Assembly: GCA_963703285.1 (NCBI GenBank)
Contig: OY969807.1
Span: 1,344,001-1,408,000, forward strand
Direction of reading: 5' to 3'
Length of the DNA: 64,000 bases
DNA from: an uncultured Nitrososphaerota archaeon
GTDB lineage: Archaea; Thermoproteota; Nitrososphaeria; Nitrososphaerales; Gagatemarchaeaceae
Part shown: positions 49,481-58,946 of the stretch, in pieces
Position numbering within the stretch: the stretch's first letter is position 1
How the letters are laid out: every line of letters begins with the position of its first letter
Translations under genes and position numbers: made by a program
The notes under the pieces: generated by a model
What the model was told of the DNA's origin: nothing
The model's database searches: none
Seen by the model: the letters and a program-made list of their open reading frames with translations, nothing else

Positions 49481-50746
49481 ATGAAGAAGTTCGCCCACAT
49501 GGCAGACATACATCTCGGAGCGCACAGGGAACCCGCGCTTCGGCAGCTCGAGATGCGAGTCTTCTACGAAGCCATAGACCGCTGCCTCTCAGACCAGGTG
49601 GATTTCGTGCTCATCTCAGGGGACTTGTTCCACGTCGGTATACCCGACCTCGGAATCGTGAACGAAGCCGTCAGGAAGATGCGAGAACTGTCGGGGGCGG
49701 GGATTCCCATCTATGCAATCTACGGAAGCCACGATTACAACCCGTCGAGCACCTCCATAATCGACATAATCGAGACGACGGGCCTCCTCACCAACATCTC
49801 GAAGTGGAGGGAGGTCGAAGGGAAGATCGAGCTGTCAATCTTCGAGGACGAGGGGACCGGCGCCAAGCTCTCCGGAATCTCGGCCCGCAAGATGGGGCTC
49901 GAGAGCAGGCACTACGAGCAGCTCGACAAGCGGAACCTAGAGGAGGCGGAGGGGTTCAAGGTCTTCGCATTCCACAGCGGAATCACCGAATTCAAGCCTG
50001 ACTACCTGTCAGAGATGGAGACGATACCACTGTCGTATCTCCCCAGGGGCTTCTCCTACTACGCCGGTGGCCATATTCACGAGCGCGGAGAATACTCCTC
50101 GCCGGGCTACGAGAACATCGTGTTTCCGGGCCCTCTGTTCACGGGCTACGGCAGGGACATCGAGACCACGGCGAGAGGAGAGAAGAGGGGCTTCTACGAA
50201 GTGGAGTTCGACACCAAGATTCGCAGGCTGGACTTCGTTCCTGTCAAGACGTTTGGCGGGGCCTATCTCGAATTTGACGCGTCCGGGTCCAACTCGAGCG
50301 ACGCCCGCACGCAACTCGAAAGGAAGCTGGAGGGGCTGGACGTCGACAACAAGGTGGTCGCGCTCAAGTTGAAGGGGGAACTCTCCGGAGGCAAGACATC
50401 AGACTTCGACTTCACGAGGATTCGGGAGAGGCTGACGAGCCGGGGGGCTCTCTTCGTCTACATCAACCGACACGGGCTCGTCTCGAAGGAGTTCGACGCG
50501 ACGGGACACGCGGGCCAAGACGTGGCCACAATCGAGGCCAGGAGCTTCGAAGAGGGGATAGGCAAGGTGACAGTCTCCCACGAGAGACTCAGGGGTGCCG
50601 TCGGCGTAGCCACCGCCAAGAGCCTCCTGAACACGCTCAAGCACGGCGCCCTGTCCGACGAATCCAAGAAGGCACACGCCGACAGAATCGTGGAGGACGG
50701 CTTCCGTGTGCTCGGACTGGGCAGGGAGGGGGAATCCAAGGGATGA
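49481..50746 (+). CDS. mre11: DNA repair nuclease Mre11
   Basis: ADIHLG, SGDLFH, GSHD, FH, GGHIH motifs; upstream of rad50. Confidence 0.92.
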   Translation: MKKFAHMADIHLGAHREPALRQLEMRVFYEAIDRCLSDQVDFVLISGDLFHVGIPDLGIVNEAVRKMRELSGAGIPIYAIYGSHDYNPSSTSIIDIIETTGLLTNISKWREVEGKIELSIFEDEGTGAKLSGISARKMGLESRHYEQLDKRNLEEAEGFKVFAFHSGITEFKPDYLSEMETIPLSYLPRGFSYYAGGHIHERGEYSSPGYENIVFPGPLFTGYGRDIETTARGEKRGFYEVEFDTKIRRLDFVPVKTFGGAYLEFDASGSNSSDARTQLERKLEGLDVDNKVVALKLKGELSGGKTSDFDFTRIRERLTSRGALFVYINRHGLVSKEFDATGHAGQDVATIEARSFEEGIGKVTVSHERLRGAVGVATAKSLLNTLKHGALSDESKKAHADRIVEDGFRVLGLGREGESKG

Positions 50747-52770
50747 TCATCAAGAGCCTCAGCCTGAAGAACATCCGAAGCTATCGGGAAGCGTCGCTGG
50801 ACTTCCCGACAGGCAAGACCCTGTTCGAGGGCGACATCGGGTCTGGAAAGTCCAGCATCCTCATGGCAATCGAGTTCGCGCTGTTCGGGCTGGGATCGGA
50901 GAGAGGCGCCTCACTTCTCAGGACCGGAGCGGAGAGGGGATCGGTCACCCTCGTCCTCGACGTCGGAGGGTCGGAATACAAGGTCACCAGAAACCTAGTC
51001 AGGAAGTCGGGGAAGGTCCAACAGGCGGAGGGGCAGGTGGTTGGGCCGTCGGGCAGAGAAGTCCTTTCACCGACCGACATGAAGGAGTACCTGCTCAAGG
51101 TGCTGGGGTTCAACGAACCGCCCGATCCCAAGTCCCAGAGCGTCATCTACAGGTACGCCGTCTACACGCCTCAGGAAGCGATGAAGGCGATCCTCTCCAT
51201 GCCGGCGGACCTGAGGCTCCAGACGCTCAGGAAGGCGTTCGGAATCGAGGACTACAAGGTGGCCAAGGAGCACGCCCTGGAGCTTGCGAAGAGGATCGAG
51301 CAGCTGGTCCACGACAACAGGGAGAAGTCCAGCGACCTGCCAAGTCTGAGAGACAAGATCGCCGCGAGGGGCCTGGAACTGAAAGCGAAGCGCGGGGAGC
51401 TCGCCTCCGCCCAGCTTGCGAGCACCAAGAAGGAGAAGCTCCTTGAGTCGCTCAAGGAGGAGATGAAGGCGCTCCGAGAAGACGAGAAAGAGCTGACAGC
51501 CGCAAAGGAGAGAGTCAGTCTCCTAGAGGAATCTTTCGGTTCAAGGACCCGCGAACTGCAGAAGCTGACCGCCGGGGTCGAGCTGAGAGAGAAGAACCTG
51601 GCCAAGCTAGCCTCCCAGGTGAGGTCGGAGGAGGCGGTCGAGAGCCCGACCCCGACCACCCAGGAGGAGCTTTCCAAGCAGATTGGGGAGCTCAGGGTTC
51701 ACATCAAAGAGCTGGGGAGCCTCCTGGACCGGGCGGACGCGAAGATGGAAGACTACAGGACGATACGCGAGACGGGGAAGTGCGCGACCTGTGACAGGGA
51801 TGCTGACCCGACGGAGTTCATCGACAAGGAGCGCGCCAAGTCCGTGGAGAAGGACAGGCTCTCGAGGGACATCAGACAGCACGAACTCGAACTTTCAAAT
51901 CTCGAGAATCTTCTGAGTCTCCGGAGAAAGTACGATTCGCAATACGCGATGCTTCTCGAGCACAGGGAGAGGCTCACCGAGTCAACGAGGGACCTCGACA
52001 AGGTGAAGGGAGACGTGAGGGAAAAGAAGCAGGCGGTTGAAGAGACCGAGGACAGCCTCTTCAAGGCCAGGAAGGATATCGAGCTGCTCTCGGGGGTGTC
52101 TGAGAGGATAGAACGGACCAGCAAGGAGGCCGACTCGGCCGAGCGCGAGCTTCAGGAGCTCCGGCGGACCGTCGCCACGGCTGGCCGGGACGTCGAGCAC
52201 CTCCAGCAGGACATAGGTGACCTCGAGGGAGAGGCCGAGGAGAAGGAGGCAGCCAAGAAGAAGGCGGATTCCCTACGCCAGTACGGCATCTGGATCGAGG
52301 ACTACTTTGTGCCGGCACTAGAAGTAATAGAGAGACAGGTACTGACTAGCATCAACCAGGACTTCAACGCTCATTTCCAAGGTTGGTTCTCCACGCTCGT
52401 CGAGGACCAAAGCAAGGAGGCTAGGGTCAACGAGGATTTCGTGCCATACGTCGAGCAGGACGGGTATGAGCAGGACGCGGATTACCTGAGCGGGGGCGAA
52501 AGGACCAGTCTTGCCCTCGCATACCGCCTCGCCCTGAACGAGGTCGTGCAGAGGGTCTCGACCGGGATGAGCTCGAACCTCCTCATCCTCGACGAGCCGA
52601 CCGACGGATTCAGCAGGGAGCAGCTCGGGAAGATGAGGGAGATTCTGGACGAGGTCAAGAGCCCGCAGGTCATCCTTGTCTCCCATGACAAGGAGCTCGA
52701 GAGCTTCGCGGACCAGATATACAGGGTGGTCAAGGAAGGCGGAGAATCCAGGGTGCACGTGGGCGCGTGA
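50743..52770 (+). CDS. rad50: DNA repair ATPase Rad50
   Basis: GDIGSGKSS, coiled coil with CATC hook, LSGGE, LILDEPT, SH. Confidence 0.92.
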   Translation: MIIKSLSLKNIRSYREASLDFPTGKTLFEGDIGSGKSSILMAIEFALFGLGSERGASLLRTGAERGSVTLVLDVGGSEYKVTRNLVRKSGKVQQAEGQVVGPSGREVLSPTDMKEYLLKVLGFNEPPDPKSQSVIYRYAVYTPQEAMKAILSMPADLRLQTLRKAFGIEDYKVAKEHALELAKRIEQLVHDNREKSSDLPSLRDKIAARGLELKAKRGELASAQLASTKKEKLLESLKEEMKALREDEKELTAAKERVSLLEESFGSRTRELQKLTAGVELREKNLAKLASQVRSEEAVESPTPTTQEELSKQIGELRVHIKELGSLLDRADAKMEDYRTIRETGKCATCDRDADPTEFIDKERAKSVEKDRLSRDIRQHELELSNLENLLSLRRKYDSQYAMLLEHRERLTESTRDLDKVKGDVREKKQAVEETEDSLFKARKDIELLSGVSERIERTSKEADSAERELQELRRTVATAGRDVEHLQQDIGDLEGEAEEKEAAKKKADSLRQYGIWIEDYFVPALEVIERQVLTSINQDFNAHFQGWFSTLVEDQSKEARVNEDFVPYVEQDGYEQDADYLSGGERTSLALAYRLALNEVVQRVSTGMSSNLLILDEPTDGFSREQLGKMREILDEVKSPQVILVSHDKELESFADQIYRVVKEGGESRVHVGA

Positions 52771-52848
52771 TGGTAACGGCTTTAAGAGTCCCGACCTCCT
52801 AAGAGACCGATACAACTGCCCAGGAGGGTCGCGTGGCTCTCGAACGTC

Positions 52849-54132
52849 ATGTCCGCAGAGAGCATCGGTCTCGAGGAGAGAATCGCCAAGACCATCGAGG
52901 TCACCGAGAGCCCTCCCGCGTGGATGTGCCTGTCGTGCAGGGGAGCCAAGCTCCTCTGCGGAAAACCTCGCTGCCCGATTATCGTCAAGGCGCAATCGAT
53001 GGCGCGCTTCAGCGAGACCGCCTTCACCGACCAGATCGCGGGATCGTCGCCCCCGGGCGTCTTCGTTGGGAGATACGGCTACCCCAAAGTCTCGATCGGA
53101 CCGATGGTGCCGCCACAGTACGGCGACACGACAATCCTCGACACCCCGGAAGAGTGGCTGGGCAGACCCATCGAGACCATCGTCGACTACAGGTACTCGC
53201 TCGTGAGGGGTAACATGCGGGCCAGGGTCGAGGACGCCGCCAACCCTACCTCCACGATGGAGAGGCTGCAGGAGCTCTCGATGGCTTCGCGCCCGGTGGA
53301 CACCGAGCTGAGGCTGTCCAAGGCGCCGAGGAAGGTGCTCTCGCTGAGCGAGGACACGCAACCGTACGGTCCGTCGGCGCCCCTCGAGAGGTTCACGACA
53401 TCGAACGTCTCGGTCGACAAGAAGATTGAGAAGGCGCACTACGACAGAGACCTCCTTGCGGGCGACGCCGTCTTCTCCCTCTACAACGAGGGAATCCTCG
53501 TCACCAGGCTTCAGAGGGCGCTCAGCATCGGGATGTTCGGCCAGGGAGCGAGAAGGCGGTTCGTGCCGACGCGGTGGAGCATAACCGCAGTTGACAGCAC
53601 TATCAGCCTGAGGCTGTTGGAGGAAGTGAAGGGCAATCCCACGATCGACGAGTACAGGGTCTACAGCTACAGCGTCTACGACAACCAGTACGTGGCGATC
53701 CTAATCCCGGAGCCGTGGAGGTTCGAATGGATAGAGGCCTGGTTCCCGAACACGACCTGGAACCAGAACACCACAGAGCCCTACATGATTGGGGACTATG
53801 AGGAGTACTTCGGGAGGAAGACGTACGCGAAGGTCGGTGGATGCTACTACTCCACGAGGCTCGCCGTGGCGGAGGAGCTCGTCAAGGAGAGAAAGCAGGC
53901 GGCCGCCATCGTTCTGAGGGAGACGTACCCGGGCTACCTGATGCCCCTAGGGGTCTGGAACGTCAGGGAGTCAATCCGGATGCTGATGAAGCAGCCGCCG
54001 GAGAAGCACGACACCTTCGGGGAGGCGCTGAAGTCGGCGCTCTCGAAGCTGAGGATAATCCCGAAGAAGTGGCGGGCGAACTCGATTCTGATCTCGAGGG
54101 AGCTGACGCAGGCCAAGATCACCTCGTTCTGA
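52849..54132 (+). CDS. nreA: Nre-family DNA repair protein with C-terminal PIP box
   Basis: CLSCRG..CGKPRCP, VFVGRYGYP, VPTRWSITAVD, GGCYY, GVWNVRE; ends QAKITSF. Confidence 0.9.
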   Translation: MSAESIGLEERIAKTIEVTESPPAWMCLSCRGAKLLCGKPRCPIIVKAQSMARFSETAFTDQIAGSSPPGVFVGRYGYPKVSIGPMVPPQYGDTTILDTPEEWLGRPIETIVDYRYSLVRGNMRARVEDAANPTSTMERLQELSMASRPVDTELRLSKAPRKVLSLSEDTQPYGPSAPLERFTTSNVSVDKKIEKAHYDRDLLAGDAVFSLYNEGILVTRLQRALSIGMFGQGARRRFVPTRWSITAVDSTISLRLLEEVKGNPTIDEYRVYSYSVYDNQYVAILIPEPWRFEWIEAWFPNTTWNQNTTEPYMIGDYEEYFGRKTYAKVGGCYYSTRLAVAEELVKERKQAAAIVLRETYPGYLMPLGVWNVRESIRMLMKQPPEKHDTFGEALKSALSKLRIIPKKWRANSILISRELTQAKITSF

Positions 54133-54166
54133 ACATTCATTAGACCAGCTCCCCATCCCGCGGCGA

Positions 54167-54862
54167 TTGACCAGGCCGCTCTATTGGGAGAACATGTACA
54201 TGCGTGACTTTGACGGGACGGTCCAGCACCTAGAGGGAAACAGGGTGATACTCGACCAGACCGCGTTCTACCCGAGGGGCGGCGGGCTGGTCTCCGACGT
54301 CGGGATGCTCGGGGGCTCCCCGGTGACCGAGGTCATCAAGGAGGGCGGCGAGGTGATCCACATCGTGGCCCAGCCCGAACTTCTGAAGGAGGGGCAGGCG
54401 GTGCACGGTTCGATAGACTGGGCGAGGCGGTACGGAGTGATGAAGATGCACACGACAGCGCACATCCTCTGTGCCATAGTGAACCGCGAGACAGGCGCGC
54501 TAATCACGGGGAACCAGATCAACCCGGACGAGTCGAGGATAGACTTCAATCTCGAGAACTTCGACAGGGAGAAGATAGCCGACTACACAAAGGCCGCCAA
54601 CGAGGCCGCGGCCCGCGGCCTTGAGGTGTCGACATCGTTCATGAAGAGGGAGGAGGCGCTCAGGGTGCCGGGGCTGGTGAAGCTCGCCAACGCTCTCCCG
54701 CCCGCGGTCGATGTCCTCAGGATAGTCACAATAGGAGACGTGGACACCCAGGCGGACGGCGGGGTGCACGTGGGGAACACGCGGGAGATAGGCGAGATCG
54801 TTGTGACCAAGACGGAGAACAAGGGGAAGAACAACCGCAGGCTGTACTTCTCCCTGCGCTAG
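54167..54862 (+). CDS. alaX: Alanyl-tRNA editing protein AlaX
   Basis: DQTAFYPRGGG, HTTAH, ADGGVHV. Confidence 0.9.
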   Translation: MTRPLYWENMYMRDFDGTVQHLEGNRVILDQTAFYPRGGGLVSDVGMLGGSPVTEVIKEGGEVIHIVAQPELLKEGQAVHGSIDWARRYGVMKMHTTAHILCAIVNRETGALITGNQINPDESRIDFNLENFDREKIADYTKAANEAAARGLEVSTSFMKREEALRVPGLVKLANALPPAVDVLRIVTIGDVDTQADGGVHVGNTREIGEIVVTKTENKGKNNRRLYFSLR

Positions 54863-54864
54863 CG

Positions 54865-55761
54865 TCAGCCGGTGAGGTAGAGCAACGCGGCGACGCCTGT
54901 TATCAGGCAGATCACGCCGACGATGTGGTTGATCTCGAGCCTCTCCTTCAATATGACGATCGCACAGGTGACGGTGACGGCGGCCGACATCCCTCCGAAG
55001 GTGGCCAGCAGGGGCACCGTGGTTGGCGAGGTCAAAGTGGTGACCCCGTAGTTGTACGCCGCGACACCAACCGTCTCGAGGACGGACATCAGCAGCACGG
55101 TGGGGAACCACCTCCCCGAGGGCGAGCCGGCCCGCGGCTTGAAGAGCGGGATGAGCGCGAACCCGAGCGCAGCAGACCCGAACCTAACGGCGAGCGTCGG
55201 GAGAACGTAGCCCAGGTGCTCGCTCGTGTAGCCGTAGATTGTGAACGATAGGCCCAGGAAGATGGCAGCCACGAAGGCCGAACCGACCCCGGGCACGAAG
55301 GGCCGGCGCCGGGAGGAGGCCATCCTCCTGAGGTCGGAGAAGCTCGTCGAGACGAGAACTATCCCCGCGATGGTCAACAGGAGCGCCAGAATCGCCCAGG
55401 CGGAGAACCGTGCCCCGATGAAGGCGACGGAGACGACGACAGCGAACGCGGGGTAGGAGTTCGCTATGGGGGATATGAGCGAGAGCATCCCCTTGCTGTA
55501 GGCGTTGTACAGGGTGGCGACTCCCAGAAGGGTGACGACGGAGAGGAGGACGAGGAGGGACGCGAAATAAGGGCTTACCGCGAAGGTCGATTTAAGAAAG
55601 AGCGCCGGGAGGAAACCGATGACCCCGGCGAATACCAGCACGTAGAGAGTCGCCCGGTAGGGACCTATCTTCGCGGAGACCCCCTTTGAGAGGAAGTCGG
55701 AGGTTCCGAACGATAAGGTCATCGAGAGACCAAGGGCTAGGGGGAGGAGATCCATGGGCAT
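54865..55761 (-). CDS. DMT/EamA-family transporter
   Basis: 10 TM; FGTSDF, SLISPIANSYP, ILKERL. Confidence 0.85.
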   Translation of the reverse strand: MPMDLLPLALGLSMTLSFGTSDFLSKGVSAKIGPYRATLYVLVFAGVIGFLPALFLKSTFAVSPYFASLLVLLSVVTLLGVATLYNAYSKGMLSLISPIANSYPAFAVVVSVAFIGARFSAWAILALLLTIAGIVLVSTSFSDLRRMASSRRRPFVPGVGSAFVAAIFLGLSFTIYGYTSEHLGYVLPTLAVRFGSAALGFALIPLFKPRAGSPSGRWFPTVLLMSVLETVGVAAYNYGVTTLTSPTTVPLLATFGGMSAAVTVTCAIVILKERLEINHIVGVICLITGVAALLYLTG

Positions 55762-55880
55762 CAGTCTGGTCGGGAACCTCCAGCAGGTCTTCCGGCACCC
55801 GGTTATATCCGATTCAGGCCCGGCGTCCCCGGCAAGGGATTGCAAACGGCCGAAAACGGGGCCGGTCCGCGGTTTTCCTG

Positions 55881-56909
55881 CTAAAGTAGACCCTCGATGA
55901 AGCCGGAGACAGAGGCCGCGCCGCCGTACCTGCGGGGCTCGGTCCTCTGGCCGAGGTGCGCAGGTATGAGGCGTTCGAGGTTGTCCAGGTCCGCCGGCGA
56001 GAAGCCGAGGGACGCGGCGTTCCTCTCCTGCTCAGGGTGGTTCCTTATCGGGATGGCGATGATGGGGGTCCCGTAGCACGCCGCCTCGTCGATGGTGCTC
56101 TTGCCCGCAGTCGACACCACGAGGTCGCAGGCCGCGATCAGGTCCTGGTTGTCGCGCTCGACCCCGAGGTAGCGGATGTCGTCCCGTCTCGGGCCCGTGG
56201 AGAGACCGCTAACCACCAGGACGACCCCGGGCAGGTCCAGCTTTCCCAGGGCCCCCGCGACTCTGTCGAGGAGGAAGCCCCCTATGCCGCTCCCGCTCGC
56301 GCTCAGCAAGATCATCCTCATAGAGGGCCCTATCCCGAGCGCGGTCCTCACCTGCTCGCGGCTCCTGGTCAAAGCCCTGACCACGGGGGAGACGAAGTGA
56401 ACGTTTCCGTGGTCATCCCCGAAGTCCGGGACAAGGATGCTCGACGCCCGCTGCTGGAGGTTCTTGTACCACGCCTCCACCTTCCTCTCGAGGTAGCGCG
56501 AGATTCCCGATTGTGCGAACCCGAGTACGAGCTCGTCGGAGATCATCGTGTGGCGGACGCCCCTCTCTATCGCCAGCGAGACGCATGAGAACTCCTCGTC
56601 CCCGACTATGAGCTGCGGGTTTATCCTCTCGATCAGCGACCCCATCCTCTTCCTCGTGGAACGGTAACCCGACCAGTACCGTATGTACCAGAGCGCAGGG
56701 TACCTCATCCTCCCGTCCTTCTCTGAGGGCGTCGGCTCCGTCACGATGTCCCGAACCTCGAAACCGTAGGAAGCGAGGAAGCGCGAGGCGCCCCCTCCAC
56801 TGGCGAAGACGGGCTTGAGGCCTTTCTCGCCGAGCTCGAGACCCACGGCAACCGCCCTCGATGCATGACCTAGGCCGATTGGGCTGACTCCGTAGAGTAT
56901 CTCGGCCAA
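55881..56909 (-). CDS. GT-B glycosyltransferase (MurG/GT28-like)
   Basis: GLGHASR, STAGKSTIDEA, HPEQERNA. Confidence 0.85.
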   Translation of the reverse strand: MAEILYGVSPIGLGHASRAVAVGLELGEKGLKPVFASGGGASRFLASYGFEVRDIVTEPTPSEKDGRMRYPALWYIRYWSGYRSTRKRMGSLIERINPQLIVGDEEFSCVSLAIERGVRHTMISDELVLGFAQSGISRYLERKVEAWYKNLQQRASSILVPDFGDDHGNVHFVSPVVRALTRSREQVRTALGIGPSMRMILLSASGSGIGGFLLDRVAGALGKLDLPGVVLVVSGLSTGPRRDDIRYLGVERDNQDLIAACDLVVSTAGKSTIDEAACYGTPIIAIPIRNHPEQERNAASLGFSPADLDNLERLIPAHLGQRTEPRRYGGAASVSGFIEGLL

Positions 56910-57011
56910 GCGTCAGGACGCCGCGCATCGGCGCAATATAATTGGTCTCCCCGGACTCCGGGTCTTACGGTCTCGCAATCGATAAGTAAAGGAGCAACTC
57001 GCGAACGGTGC

Positions 57012-57395
57012 ATGAAGGTCAATTTCCTCTACACGGGAATCAGGGTCAAGGACCTGGACGAGTCGATCGACTTCTACACGAAGGTCCTCGGGATGAAGCT
57101 CGTCGGTCGGTCCAAGATTCCGGTGGCAAAAGGGGAGGTCGCAAGCCTGGCGAGCCGCGAGGGTGGGTTCGAGCTCGAACTGAACCACTACGACAAGGCG
57201 AGCAAGTACAACTCAAGGTACAGCGCGGGAGAGGGGCTCGACCATCTTGCCTTCAGCGTCGACGACCTTGAGGGCCTGATCGCTGCGGCAAAGGAGATGG
57301 GCCACCCGCTGGCCGCCGAGATCAAGACCGAGAAGAGCAGGTGGGTGTACATCAAGGACCCGAATGGAATCTGGATAGAGTTGGTTCAAGGATAA
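57012..57395 (+). CDS. VOC/glyoxalase (lactoylglutathione lyase-like)
   Basis: IRVKDLDESIDFYT, ELELN, DHLAF, KDPNGIWIEL. Confidence 0.9.
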   Translation: MKVNFLYTGIRVKDLDESIDFYTKVLGMKLVGRSKIPVAKGEVASLASREGGFELELNHYDKASKYNSRYSAGEGLDHLAFSVDDLEGLIAAAKEMGHPLAAEIKTEKSRWVYIKDPNGIWIELVQG

Positions 57396-57628
57396 TCCTC
57401 TTTGCGGGAGCTGGTGTCGGGTCCGTGCGGTCCTCAAGAGGATACCTCTTCAATAGAAAGAAATTGATGATGTTCAAACAAGAACGGGAAAAAATCGGTG
57501 GTCGGCCCGTTTCGTAAGTAAATTATTCATTGAGGGTGGTAATTTTTTGTTCGCCGTTGAGGCAAGAAAAACCACTCTGTAAGGTTTATACGCTGTATTC
57601 GACGCTCCGGTGACAAGGCGAATCTGAA

Positions 57629-57775
57629 ACGGTTCAAGCATACTGTGTTAAGTGCAAGGCAAAGAGAGAGATGAAGACACCGCAGAACATCACCATGAAG
57701 AACGGGAAGAAGGCTGTTCAGGGTGTCTGTCCTGTCTGCGGAACGAAGCTCTTCCGCATCGGGGGCAAGGTCTAG
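57629..57775 (+). CDS. DUF5679-like small basic Zn-ribbon protein (48 aa); apparent ACG start
   Basis: Manual translation: (M)VQAYCVKCKAKREMKTPQNITMKNGKKAVQGVCPVCGTKLFRIGGKV*; TTTATA at 57585-57590; missed by ORF track. Confidence 0.8.
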   Translation, partial: TVQAYCVKCKAKREMKTPQNITMKNGKKAVQGVCPVCGTKLFRIGGKV

Positions 57776-57778
57776 AAC

Positions 57779-58882
57779 CTACCCCTGTTCCTTTTTCTCA
57801 ACCCAGGCGGAGATGGTCGTCTGGTCGGCGGCCTCCCTCTTCACGTCCGAGACCCTCAGCCCGACGAGCCTGATGGGGACCTTGTTCCCTTGGAACGACC
57901 TGAGCAGAAGCCGCGCCTCCCTGAGTATGGCGTCCCCATCGTTCGAGTAGCTCGGTAGTCGCACCTCCCGCGTATGGGTCTCGAATCCCCTGAACCTAAG
58001 CTTGACACCTACCTTCCTGAAGACGAAGTGAGACGACCGGATCCTCTCTCCGAGTTCGGAGGCCAGCCTTTCAACAATTCCGTCCACGACTGCCCAGTCC
58101 AGCGAGTCCTTTTCGAGCGTCCTCTCCGTGCTGAACGACTTCAGTTCGTGCTCCTTGACCTGTTCATTCTCGAGCCCGTTGGCGACCTCCCAGATCCAGA
58201 GCCCGGACCAGCCGAGGCTGCTCCTGACGATTCCTGCGTCCAACACCTGCAGGTCTCCGACCTTGGCCACCCCGAGCTCCTTCAGCGTCTGCTCGGTCTT
58301 AATCCCGACTCCGGGGATTACGCCGATTGGCAGCGGGGCGAGGAACTCCTTGGTCTTGCCGAGCCCGACGACGGTCACACCGTCAGGTTTGTGAAGGTCG
58401 GTCGCTATCTTCGCGGCGGACTTGTTCTCCGCAATCCCCACCGAGCAGGTAAGTCCAGTCTCGGTCCTGAGAGCTTCCTTGAGCCTGGTGACCCAGACCT
58501 CCGCCTCCTCCATGCTAGGTACGGTCTCCCCGAGTTCGACGAAGGCCTCGTCTATGCTGACCTGTTCGAAGCTCTTTGCCAGTCGCTTGATCGTCTGCAT
58601 GACCTGGCCGGACAGGGCCTCATAGTACCCGAAGTCGGGAGGCAGGTAGACAGCCTGGGGGCAGAGCCTCCACGCCTCCGATATCGGCATGGCCGACCTC
58701 AGGCCGAACTTCCGAGCCGGGTAGTTGCACGAGACGACCACGCCCCTCCCCCTGCCCTCCTTCGGGTCGGCCCCTATCACCAGTGGGGAATCCCTCAGCG
58801 AGGGGTCCCGCACGGCCTCGGCGGAGGCATAGAAAGAGTCCATGTCGACGTGGGCGACGATCCGCGTCTTCGAGGGGCTCAA
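57779..58882 (-). CDS. dinB: DNA polymerase IV (Y family)
   Basis: HVDMDSFYAS, NYPARKFG, SIDEAF, AKIATDLHKPDG, RLVGLR; PIP-like QTTISAW. Confidence 0.95.
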   Translation of the reverse strand: MSPSKTRIVAHVDMDSFYASAEAVRDPSLRDSPLVIGADPKEGRGRGVVVSCNYPARKFGLRSAMPISEAWRLCPQAVYLPPDFGYYEALSGQVMQTIKRLAKSFEQVSIDEAFVELGETVPSMEEAEVWVTRLKEALRTETGLTCSVGIAENKSAAKIATDLHKPDGVTVVGLGKTKEFLAPLPIGVIPGVGIKTEQTLKELGVAKVGDLQVLDAGIVRSSLGWSGLWIWEVANGLENEQVKEHELKSFSTERTLEKDSLDWAVVDGIVERLASELGERIRSSHFVFRKVGVKLRFRGFETHTREVRLPSYSNDGDAILREARLLLRSFQGNKVPIRLVGLRVSDVKREAADQTTISAWVEKKEQG

Positions 58883-58946
58883 CGGTGGACCGTGAGGGGT
58901 AGCCCGGCGTCCTAAAGAAACGTTTAGGGAGATTCGCGGCGGGGAC

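Noticed and set aside
49481-54132. mre11-rad50 as an SbcCD-like or Wadjet-type defence system
   Set aside because: Host-like GC and housekeeping context (nreA, alaX) indicate ordinary DNA repair genes.
57464-57475. TTGATGA box C-like motif (C/D sRNA)
   Set aside because: No CTGA D/D' boxes at the expected ~50-60 nt spacing.
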